DNA of 63,618 nt, filler included, from Licmophora abbreviata (lineage: Eukaryota): assembly GCA_900291995.1 (NCBI GenBank). It is 12 parts of 12 records of this genome, joined end to end, with 100 filler letters (N's around TTAATTAATTAA, not from the genome) between each part and the next. Parts side by side here need not be neighbours in the genome. Positions count along the whole stretch, not along the records: positions 3,399 to 15,500 come from OLMU01000283.1; positions 15,601 to 18,506 come from OLMU01000284.1; positions 18,607 to 28,979 come from OLMU01000285.1; 9 more parts are not named here. The stretch is one strand, 5' to 3'. Numbering within the stretch: the first letter of the stretch is position 1; each line of letters opens with the position of its first letter. Made by a program: the position numbers and the translations under genes. Below are positions 11,848 through 22,759 of this stretch, piece by piece. The notes beneath the pieces were generated by a model. The model searched no databases and was not told the origin of the DNA. It worked only from the letters and a program-made list of their open reading frames with translations.

Positions 11848-13107
11848 TCACGCTAGCTTAGAAAGGTCCCCGTAGTCGACTCGTTCAAGAATTGTGCCGT
11901 CGCTTAGTTTGAGGGTCGCTCGGTACTTCTTCTTGTCCAAAGACATCACTATTGCTCGCTTGCCCCGCTCCTGGCCATTGACAATACGGACCGACTTCCC
12001 TTCTTTCGGCACGACCGTCTCTAAATCGTCTTGATCTAAACGAAGAATATCACCCCCATCACGTTCATTTGGGCCAGAGTCCAGTACCTGAACCTCTGCC
12101 GTAAAGGTGTCCTCCAAGACTCGGTCGACGACAGCTTTCCGTTTGTAGTACCTTCCGCCGGCTAGGTCCTTCGAAATGATGCGAACCAGAATGTCACGAA
12201 AGAGCCAACTAGCACTACGATAGTCATTTCTGGTTTCTTGCCGGGCTCGTTTCCTGGATCCAGTGCCTTCAATATGAGTATCCCTCTTTGCATTTCCTTT
12301 CGACCCCTGCTTCTTGGATAGATCGACGATACTAGCGCCATGCTTGGATGGCATGCTATCAGCAACGCTTGGGAGCCTCTCTTCATCACTCTCTGCCTCG
12401 TCCTCATCCTCGATATCCAGGACTGACTTAATCGCTAGCCTGCTGACAGAGGCTTTCTTTTTGGCGGCTTTGCCGAGCGTCATGGTAATTGCAGCATCGT
12501 CGGTAGACCGGTCCAGCGTGGTTGCTTCAGTGTGCAGCGTGCCTCCCGCTCGGTCCAGAGCCTTGGCAGCCTCCACGCGTTGTATTTCCATTTGTTTCGC
12601 CAGCCGCTGCTCTGACGCCTTTTCGGCTTCCACTCGTCGTTGTTGTGCTTCCATCCGCGCCAAGATACCAGCATCCCTCTCAATATACTGAACATACCAC
12701 CCACGCTCAGTCTCCTCGACGACGCACTTGCCCATTTTTCCGATGTACTGCATAAAATCAGTAAGGGTGGCCCACTTTGTGGCATTCATATGTATATGGT
12801 GCTTATCCTGGATGACTTCCTGATAAACGTTGTTGGCGTTCACTCGTTTGGTCCCGTGGCGCCGACGAAGCGTCTCCATGTAGGATGTCTCGAATTCTTT
12901 CGACATGTTATCCACAATACCCCTTGCATTTCCCGAGAAAATCTTCATCTGACGCAAGTGCGACTCGGAAGTTAAATGACACTTGAACCCATTCTGATCA
13001 CGACACTGCTTCTGACACATCTGGCAGTAAAACTTGAGCTTCTGGAGGCCCTTGGCCTTGGCGCGATTCGCAATGTCTTTTGGGGTTCCTTTTTCCGCTT
13101 TCGGCAT
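11848..13107 (-). CDS. KIN: DNA/RNA-binding protein KIN17
   Basis: KAKGLQKLKFYCQMCQKQCRDQNGFKCH..SESH zinc finger, HIHMNATKWATLT, and C-terminal KOW-like region QDDLETVVP. Confidence 0.96.
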   Translation of the reverse strand: MPKAEKGTPKDIANRAKAKGLQKLKFYCQMCQKQCRDQNGFKCHLTSESHLRQMKIFSGNARGIVDNMSKEFETSYMETLRRRHGTKRVNANNVYQEVIQDKHHIHMNATKWATLTDFMQYIGKMGKCVVEETERGWYVQYIERDAGILARMEAQQRRVEAEKASEQRLAKQMEIQRVEAAKALDRAGGTLHTEATTLDRSTDDAAITMTLGKAAKKKASVSRLAIKSVLDIEDEDEAESDEERLPSVADSMPSKHGASIVDLSKKQGSKGNAKRDTHIEGTGSRKRARQETRNDYRSASWLFRDILVRIISKDLAGGRYYKRKAVVDRVLEDTFTAEVQVLDSGPNERDGGDILRLDQDDLETVVPKEGKSVRIVNGQERGKRAIVMSLDKKKYRATLKLSDGTILERVDYGDLSKLA

Positions 13108-14054
13108 CTCGGAAACTAAGTTAATCAGCCAGAAGATTTGTCAGATAAAGAGAGACCTTCCTCGTTCGACAAGATGGCGATAGAAACGAAACGGTACAAG
13201 GAAACGATGAGGGCTACGGAGGCGGCCTCACGAAGAATCCCATCGTCGTCGTTCGAAAGTCGATCATCCGGGTTCCTACAGAGTGATGTAAGGAATCAGG
13301 CTCTTCCGTCCAAAAATTGGAGAGTGCCGGATTCCATTCCATGGATCTTTGCTTACTCAAAAGTAAGTTGTCGGTCTTAGCGCGTCGCCGCCATGATGCA
13401 TCGACCATGGCCAATGGTTTTGTCGCTTCCACAGCTGACACGCTTCATTATCGCGACACAAGATTCAGCATGATGAGACCTTCGTTATCTGTTTCTGCGG
13501 CATCAACACAAACGGGCTAAGGAGGACTCGAGATTAGTCGAAAAGGCCATCTAGTATTTTTGACCACAAAGAGTGTACCCAGCACCCAGCAGTTCATGGA
13601 CGAGGAAGACATCATCATTCCATCTCATCTCCTCTCGATCTTCAACATGTTCGAACCCACTCAGAGTTCGTCCGTATGAACACATGTCAGCTCGTCATTG
13701 GTGACATCGGAGGGAGATTGCGGGAGTCCGGGTGACGAACGTCAAGGTTGACTCCGCCATACCGGCGGTTGCCATCCAATCATGATTTCCCGAGAGCGGC
13801 TCCCCGTAGGACAGCGTGTGCGCCTACCCAGAGCAACCACGATTGATCACGCTTCGCTCACACATCATTGACGACGAAAGATACCATTATGAGTGCAAAT
13901 CTACGTGATAAGCGGCGGTTTGTGAAGTTCTTTGCTCAGGCAGTCGCTTGAGCTCACAAAACTTAGAGTTGCTGATCTTGACACAGATCAGTTGCTCTAT
14001 CTCAGCTGCATACTTACTTCTTTGCTCACGTATTCATCTTGCTTCATCGTCACG

Positions 14055-16585
14055 ATGCCTTTCTTTGCTTTGGCGACGTTGGTTCTCCGTGCTGCCACCG
14101 GCGGCGTTCCGACTGTCTCTGCTTCTGGCGGTGTTGGTGTTGATGTCGGCGAACGTTTCCTTTCGGCTCCTGCTGGCTTTGCTCAAGTCGGCGATCCTCT
14201 CTTCGGTCTTCCTCCTTCCAATCCTCGGAGAAAACAGAGTTTGGCACGGCGGTGGCGCTGTCGTCGACCTTGGGCAATCGTCTTGCGGTGGGTGCTCCCC
14301 TTCACGACTACACCTCGGCTACTTCCAGTGATCCTTCCTTCTTGAACGAGGACGGTGGTGCTGTCTTCCTCTACGACTACGACGGCAGCGATTGGAATCT
14401 CCATTGGTTTCTGAACGGTGCGGCGGACGAAATGATGGGCGATCGCGTTGCTGTGTCGGCGGACGGCAACTACGTGGCGGTGCGTCGTTACCTCACTGGC
14501 GCAAATCCTGACACTGTCGAAGTTTACAACATCACTGGTCCTTTTACGTCCGAGCTCGTCGACGTTGCGATGACGTGTGGAGATAAGGGATCTACGTTCT
14601 CGATGGCTGGTGACGGACAGCGTGTGGCGGTCAGCTGCGAGGAGTTCGGTGCCAACTTTGGTCGCGTCATGGTGTACGACTTGGTTGGCGGCGTTTGGAC
14701 GAGTTCGCTCACGATTGACGGCAATGAGACTGGTGCTTTCCTCGGGTGGGGCGCTTCCCTGTCGTTCGATGGCAATCGTCTTGCCTTCTCGGCTCCGAAC
14801 TCTAACACGGACATGGGCTACGTGTCGGTCTACGAGTACGATGTCGGCACTACCTCGTGGTCCCAGATGGACGACGCTCTGCTGGTTGGAGATGCCGTGG
14901 ACAACCAATTCGGCTTTGCACTGGCTCTCAGCGGCGACGGAACCAAGCTGGTAGTCGGTTCACCCAAATCCGACAGTCAACTCGGTAAGGTGCAAGTGTT
15001 TGAAGAGTCAGGTGGTGTGTGGACTCAGCAGGGCAACACGATTCTTGGCGAGACTTCGAATGGACGCTTTGGTCGTTCGGTGGCGGTGTCGAACGACGGA
15101 GGCCGTATCGCGTCGTCTGAGTTCTTTTTCAGTGGTCAGGCCGGACGCATTCGCCTCATGGAGCTTCTTTCTGGTACTTGGACGGATGTGGCAAGCGATA
15201 TTGTTGGATTGGATGCCTTGGGTCGTTTGGGAAACGGCATCTTCAGTGTGTCGATGCGTTCCGATGGCGTGCGCATTGCAGGTGGTGCGCTATGGGGAAA
15301 GAACGACCTTGGAAACACGACGGGGCGCGTCCGTGTCTTGGATGAAGGCCCTACTTCTGCACCGACGGGCGCGCCGAGCACCTCTGTCCCTGCGACTACG
15401 ACTGCACCTTCTGCGGCGACGGCTTCTCCGACTGCTGCTGCTACTCCAGCTCCAAGTGCCGCGACGCCCGCACCTTCGGCGGCCACGCCAGCTCCGAGTG
15501 NNNNNNNNNNNNNNNNNNNNNNNNNNNNNNNNNNNNNNNNNNNNTTAATTAATTAANNNNNNNNNNNNNNNNNNNNNNNNNNNNNNNNNNNNNNNNNNNN
15601 CGCCACTTCAGCTCCCACCTCTTCCATGCCGCAGTTCCTCTGGGATATCACGCGTGTTGGTGATGTCGACGTTGCGTTCGACGAGGATTCTGAGGCGAGC
15701 GAAATGGTGCTGAACTACAACATTTCGCTTCGCGATGTTGTCCTGCAGATCTTCGAGTCGGACTGCAACACGACTGTCCCCGGGACTGTCGCATCTGCCT
15801 CCGGAACTACGACTCCTACATCGGAGACCCATGGCGACTTGGAGGTTCTGGTCGATCTCAATCTCGGTGGCTTGACTGACAACCCCATCTGGACATCGTA
15901 TGGCAACGGCACGGGATACGTTGGCCTCTGTTTGCGAGTTGACCTCATGTTGGATGATCTCACGACGTCTGTGAACTTTCATGAGCAGAAGGTGTTTGTC
16001 ACTGTCTCCCTCGTTTCGGGTTTCCAGGTCCTCAGCATCGACTTGGACCGCATCGCAGCAGATGAGCAGACGGCCGATACTAATGTAGACTACGGACTGT
16101 CGGCTTGCCAGTGTGACGAGGACTCCAACTGTCTCCTCTCGCCGGCGCCAATCACCCAAGGAGGAGATGTGTTTATTTGTGTCAGTGTTGCCGGGAACGA
16201 TGTCGTGATCGCTGACATTACCGAGTTGGACTTTTTGCAGGGCTCTCTCACGGTCAATGCTATCGACGATGGCGTAGAGAATGCATTGACGGCGACGAGC
16301 ATTACGGGCAAGAACGCGATCGTCCGGCATCAGCTTATTTCTGCCTTTTTCGACGATGACACCCCAGAGAACGTCGATGCCATTGGAACTGCGCTGCTTG
16401 CGTTCGTGGAGGAGGATGGTCGTCGCAGCCTGCGCAGTGCTCCGGTTCGTATTATGCAGCAGGCCCCGACGAGTGGATTTGATGTGTCTTTGGCTTTGTT
16501 GAGCGCTGAATCGTCGGGAGCCCTCGAACGCGGAGTGATGTCGTGGACTTTCGTGATGCTCGGAGGTGCTGTTCTCTTTGCTTGA
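14055..16585 (+). CDS. Cell-surface protein: FG-GAP-like beta-propeller, Pro/Thr/Ala stalk, Cys-containing domain and hydrophobic C-terminal tail (spans gap 15501-15600; 5' frameshifts)
   Basis: Repeats EFGTAVALS..GNRLAVGAP, QFGFALALSGDGTKLVVGSP and RFGRSVAVSNDG. The AATPAPS repeats continue as ATSAPTSS after the gap. Ends ...SWTFVMLGGAVLFA*. The N-terminus needs a frameshift near 14215-14222. Confidence 0.72.
15352..15500 (+). repeat. Coding low-complexity tandem repeat (PTSAPT / AATPAPS x3 or more), runs into the assembly gap
   Basis: Translated ...AAATPAPSAATPAPSAATPAPS, with synonymous variation between units. Confidence 0.8.
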
Positions 16586-16721
16586 TCAATGAAGAGACAG
16601 TTCAAGAGGTCCTGAGCATCATCATGGTTCTTGTGTTTATGTACTATTCGTTAAGTTCATGATAGCTCCCTCTTTCAATGCATTTCATAGAATTTTGAAT
16701 CTAGCTTCGTGTGTCTGGTGT

Positions 16722-16734
16722 TTTTGGCGGGAAA
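16722..16734. promoter_or_regulatory. E2F-like site TTTTGGCGGGAAA upstream of ThrRS
   Basis: Matches the E2F consensus on both strands; an identical 13-mer lies at 42321-42333. Confidence 0.45.
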
Positions 16735-17041
16735 TTGTGTTTGAAAAAAGGCTTTGGAAGGGGCAGCGACGGCGCCGAAGGAGCGCGTGCGGTGATGGAG
16801 CACGCATGAGAGATGGAATCTTACGACAATGGAATTCCGAAAGTCATTTTGTCGGTCAAACGATGACCGCCGCACAATCAATCTGCGACGACGACGGCCA
16901 TTTCAAGACGAATAGAAGCAACATTGAGAAGCGACAGAAGAATACTGTCGACGACTGGAACTAGGGGAGTGTTTTGTGTCCCATAGCAAATTCAGCACAG
17001 TTGATTTTATTTTGAGGAGAGTACGATTTCGATTTCAAGAA

Positions 17042-19856
17042 ATGGCTGAGGAAGGCAAGAAAGGCGATGATGCCAAGGCTGACATCGCATCACTGACGGC
17101 GAAATTTGCTGTCTTGGATGCCCCCGGAGTCAAACAGGCCGAGCCCTCGGCCGCTCCTACGGAGACGAAAACATCCAAAGAAGGACTGCAGGGTCGGCGC
17201 GCCACTGCTTCGACAGGTCCTCGCATGGACGCGGAATCTTCCAAACACATTGGAGGCGATTCGTATGTCACTCGTACCAAGAACCCTGAGTGGCTCAAGG
17301 CACGTGAGAGTATCTATGCAGCTATCAAAGAACGCCGTGAGACGGAGCGCTCGTCCAAGAAGCCTGTTGATATTACGGTGACGATGCCAGATGGAAAGGT
17401 TCTCGACAAGAACAAGGACGGTACTTGCTTCCAGGCTTGGAAGACGTCTCCTTTCGATGTGGCGGTGGTGATTAGCCAGGGATTGGCGGATTCGGCTGCG
17501 GTCGCTCGCGTCACGTACGAGTCGTTTGTTTCTGATTACAGTCCCGCCGAAGACGGAATGGAGGTGGAAGATACGATGATGGATGCCATGACTGATGCCG
17601 GTGTCGAGCAAGCGGCTTCCGACAAGACGTTTCTTTGGGACTTGACGCGACCGCTTGTGGGTCCGGTCTCCAAGCTTGAGCTACTCAAGTTCGATGGGGA
17701 TCAGGATGCAAAAACCGTCTTTTGGCACTCGTCCGCCCACATGCTGGGAGAAGCTCTGGAGCACCTCTACGGCTGCAAGCTCACCATTGGGCCTCCATTG
17801 GCTGGTGGTTTCTACTACGATTCTTATATGGGAAAGGATGCCTTTCGCGAAGAGGACTGTACGTTGGAACGATCAATCATCTGAGAATTGTAGTGTTGTT
17901 GCACCCTGTTTTCATAAATTTCTTCTTTTTTCCTGATCTACAGACGCGCCGGTGGAAGCAGAAGTCAGCAAGATCATCAAGTCCAAGCAAAAGTTCGAGC
18001 GTATGGTTGTCACCAAGGATGAGGCTCTCGAGCTTTTCGCGGACAACCCGTTCAAGGTTTCCATTTTGACGACCAAGGTTCCCGACGGCTCACGCACTAC
18101 GGTTTACAAGTGCGGCGATCTCATCGATCTTTGCCGTGGACCTCATGTAGCCCATACCGGCAAAGTGAAAGCGTTTGCGACGACGAGGCATTCGGCCACG
18201 AACTGGCTCGGCGATACCGACAACGACACTCTGCAGCGAATGTATGGCATCAGCTTCCCTGACAAGAAAATGCTCAAAGTGTGGAAAGAAAATCAGGAGA
18301 AGGTAAGACTAGCGATGTGTCAGGAATTAGCTGGAGCAATGACGACAATGCACACGAATCTCATTCTCGGAACGACTGATGACTGAAAATCTCGTCCAAT
18401 CCATTTTTGCCGAGCTTCCCCCACCCACCAGTCGTGTAAATCACCCACTGCTCTGTTACGATTTTGACCATTTTCTGTTCTCGTCTCTTCCGTACAGGCT
18501 AAGGAANNNNNNNNNNNNNNNNNNNNNNNNNNNNNNNNNNNNNNNNNNNNTTAATTAATTAANNNNNNNNNNNNNNNNNNNNNNNNNNNNNNNNNNNNNN
18601 NNNNNNATTTTGTACCATTTTCTGTTCTCGTCTCTTCCGTACAGGCTAAGGAACGCGACCATCGTCGAATCGCTGCGAAACAGGGACTCATCATGTTCCA
18701 TGAACTGTCTCCAGGCAGTGCGTTCTGGCTCCCGCATGGCGCTCGTATTTATAACAAGCTTATTGAGTTCATTCGGTCGCACTACTGGAAGCGGGGATAC
18801 GACGAGATTATCACGCCGAATGTCTACAACTTAGACCTATGGCACAAATCTGGACACGCAATGCACTACAAGGACGCCATGTTCTGTTTCGATGTCGAGG
18901 GACAGGAATGGGCCATGAAACCCATGAATTGCCCCGGGCATTGTCTGATGTTTGCAAACTCTATTCGATCCTACCGAGATCTTCCGATTCGCTACGCAGA
19001 TTTTGGGGTTCTCCATCGTAATGAGCTGTCCGGAGCTCTCAGCGGTCTGACGCGTGTTCGACGCTTCCAGCAGGATGATGCTCATATTTACTGCCGAGAG
19101 GATCAAATCGAAGCTGAAGTCTTGGGCTCGCTCGACTTCATGAAAGATGTCTATGATACTTTCGGTATGACGTACAAGCTTGAGCTGTCTACCCGTCCAA
19201 AGAAGGCGTTGGGTGAACAAGCTCTCTGGGACCGAGCTGAAGCCGCCCTTGCGAACGCAATGAATGCTTTTGCTGGCGAAGGTGGATGGCGGGTGAATGC
19301 CGGTGACGGGGCTTTTTATGGGCCCAAGATTGATATCAAGGTTATGGATGCAATGGACCGTGTGCACCAGTGTGCTACTGTGCAACTTGATTTCCAACTT
19401 CCGATTCGATTCGACTTGCAGTACAAGACGGACTCCAAGGAGAAAGGCGAGAACTTCGCTCGCCCTGTGATGGTCCATCGTGCGATGTTGGGTAGCGTCG
19501 AGCGAATGTTTGCTGTGTTGTGCGAGCACTACGGAGGAAAATGGCCTTTGTGGTTAAGCCCTCGTCAAGTGATGGTCATTCCCATCCACTCCGACTGGAA
19601 CGACTACTGCCAGTCTATCCGTGATAAACTCCACGACAAAGGATTCTATGCGGATGTCGACCTTTCTAAGTCGACCTTCCAGAAGAAGGTCCGAAACGCC
19701 CAAGTCGCACAGTACAATTTCCAGCTGGTCGTTGGCGAAAGTGAAGTCAAGAATGGCACTGTGAACATTCGCACCCGAGAAAACAAGGTTGAGGGCGAAG
19801 TGAAGGTCGACGAGATGATCGACATGTTCAAGCGTCTCCGCGATGAGTACAAGTAA
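17042..19856 (+). CDS. TARS1: Threonyl-tRNA synthetase, cytosolic type (introns 17859-17943 and 18303-18644, the latter spanning a gap)
   Basis: [62 protein letters not shown] and the anticodon-binding domain. Confidence 0.97.
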
Positions 19857-20000
19857 ACATCAGTATCTAGTGTTACATTGTTGAGGCCTACACGTAATGC
19901 ATCGCCAATCATGGCAACTATATGATTTCGTCATGCCAGCAGTATCTGGCAACGTCTCGTGACGCCTCCTACGACGTTGGCCGCCTCAAGTTGTGCTGTG

Positions 20001-22402
20001 TCAGGATGTAGGGGCAAAGGCAGCCGAGTCTCTCCGCATTGTCAAGCTTGGTGTCGGCGAGACAAGTTGTCTCGGCGCTTTCGTGGTCTTCGCCTTCCTT
20101 TCTGTTTCGTGTTCCGTCGTAAGCTTCTCGAATCGCTTACAGGCTTCCAAGACAGCGATGCGCATCTCGCGATGCGCTCTGTACATGGAGCGATTCGAGG
20201 CTAGCGGAGTCAATGTCTCGTCGATTATCATGTCATGATATGATGGGCTTTCTCGACCTATTCGCATAAGGCTAGGTCGCCTTGTAGGAGTCCAAGCCAC
20301 ATCGAGATTCTCTTCCTTCATGTTGTACATTGGAGTATTTGCGTTCTCGCCGAGTGATCTGGACCTCTGCTTTTTGAAAGGTGATATTAATTCAGGATGA
20401 GCGTTTCTTGAGTGTTCAGGGGTCGGCATTCCTTCTGGGATTGATGGCGGTATTGATGCAAGGCTTGTGCCGAAACGCGATTGGCGAACGGTGCTTGCCC
20501 TCTGGACCAGCTCCGTCGACTGACCCTTCATCAGAACAAGAAAATCCTCGTAAGTGATTTGTTGGTGGCTGCTTCCGATATCTTGTAGGCACGACATCCA
20601 CATATCTTGAAGCATTTCATTTTCCTCATTGCGGTCGGAACCCACGAACTGCAGAACGTTGTCGAGTGTGATGTACCCCTTTTCGTCTACATCAAGTCTG
20701 TTGAAGGCGAGTCTAAGATTGCGGTCGTCCACTTTACACTGGGACAGCCCAGCGGCGATGAATGTGTGCCACCGAATCGTCGGTTCATCCTTGCTGACCC
20801 GAAGAGCCTGAAAAATGTCTTCGATCTCCTCCTCTGTCAGTGCACCAAGCGAACCGGCCTCGGCATTTTCCATCAGAACACTCTTGAGGGCTGAAATAGT
20901 TATCTCGCCATCGCCACTGTCTATTTTCTCGAATTCTTTCCTCAGGTCCTCGATCTGTTCAGGAAGAAGAGTGAAGCTCAGCACTTCCGATAGCAGCTTC
21001 TGCATATCGGACAGCTCTTTGAACGATACGAGAGCGTTGACAAGTTTCGGGTTGAGTCTCCTCTCTGTCGAGTCGTCCTTCTTCGCCCACGTCTCTAACC
21101 AAAGATGATGATACGCTTGTTTCGCTGTTGGCCTGCGCGTCGGATCGACATCGAGTAGCCTCTTGACAAAGTCCTTACCAAGATCACTCACATGTTCCCA
21201 CAATTCCTTGGGTTCAAAAAAGTACTGGCCTTCAAGAATGTTATCACGCACTTCCTTCAGATCCTCCCCACTGGCCCCTCCAAATGGCGTTTCACCGCTA
21301 AAGAGCAAGTATGTGATAACGCCAATCGCCCAAACATCACCTTTTGCATCGTAGTTCCCCAGGATGATCTCTGGCGCAACCGCGTAGGGAGTTCCGACGA
21401 CATCGTGAAGAACTTCCCCAAACTCAAAGTGCTTGCTCAAACCGAAATCGATCATCTTTAGCACAGAACCTTCCTCCTTGGTAGAGAACATAAAGTTTTC
21501 CAGCTTGAGATCGCGGTGAATGATGGATTTGGAGTGGAGGTAGATAAGCGAGGACAACATCTGCTTCACGAGGTAGGCGCACTGGGCCTCGTCGTAATGG
21601 TAGTCAGGCTGTTCGTCAAGGCGGTCAAAGAGATCGCCCCCTCTGCACAGCTCTAGTACAAGATATATTTCCGAAGCACTCTCGTACACTTCTTCCAATC
21701 GCACTATATGCGGGTGATCGAGATGGCACATGACAAAGATCTCTTCCCTGAGTCTATCTAGACCTTCCTCGTTCTTGATGAGTCCGAGATCAAGAATCTT
21801 GACGGCATACTCGATACCTGTCGCCCGATGGGTAACAAGTCGTGCTATTCCCGATATCCCGGACCCGAGTAGTTCTCCCTCATGAACGCCGGCGTAAACC
21901 TCCTCAATGGGCTTTCCAAGCGGTGTCTGATGGAAATAAGCGATGAAGAAGTTGTTGAGTGATGTGGGGCTGTCTGAAGCAAATTCTTAATCATCATTTC
22001 AACACAATCTCACCTCCATACGAACCACCTTCGCCCCAAAGTCGGCACCTTCGACGAGAGAATCTTTCAGAGATCCAAGACCAAGCTTATCGATAACAGG
22101 TTCTGTACCAGACTGGGAAAATCTTGGAAGATCTTCAGCGCCGGAAGAGTATCCTGGCTCCGACGCATGCCATCTCGCAATGTCTGCGTCTTTCGCATGT
22201 TCCGTCTCTAAAGCAAAAGTGAACGTGTTTACTTCCGGCGCTTCGTCATGCTTTTCTTCTGCTAAGTGTAATCAAGAGAAGGGTTGAGCCGAGATTTGAG
22301 AATGTTGGTGCTTAATGAGAAAAGTACGATTTGCGTCCACATCTCACCGATTCTTGTCTCTGACGAAACCGCTATAGTTTCAGTGCTAAGACAGGCCCCC
22401 AT
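20001..22402 (-). CDS. Calcium-dependent protein kinase-like (copy 1), introns 22262-22347 and 21927-22013
   Basis: MGAC N-terminus (myristoylation/palmitoylation-like), LGSGISG, HRDLKLENF, IDFGLSK, GTPYAVAPE, and EF-hand-like DSGDGEI and DVDEKGYIT. Confidence 0.92.
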
Positions 22403-22759
22403 TGCGAGCTTGGATGGAGCGGTGGTGGCGTATTGTCGATTCAATATGAATGACAATGAATCCCTTTCGAGCTGATGTTGTCATCATCGTCGTCTGATGT
22501 CGACCTAAACGCGATGCGAACGGTGTCGACTTTTTGATGATGACGAGGAGCAATCCCGAGTACCACAACGAGTCAAAAGCCAGTGACTTCTCCTTACGTA
22601 TTGGGTAGGACTACGCTAAGAATTGCTTTGTTTGAAACCCTTTTCGCGCTCAACACATCATTGCATGGACAAGTTTCAGCTAATTGGTATGCTACAAATG
22701 TAAAGACCTAGTTTGGAAATGCAAAGTCAATGAAGAAAAACGGAACAGTACATCAAAGA

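Noticed and set aside
14055..14225. Frame changes at the 5' end of the FG-GAP gene as recoding
   Set aside because: The shifts fall in T/C-rich runs and are best explained by the same indel error mode. This cannot be settled without reads.
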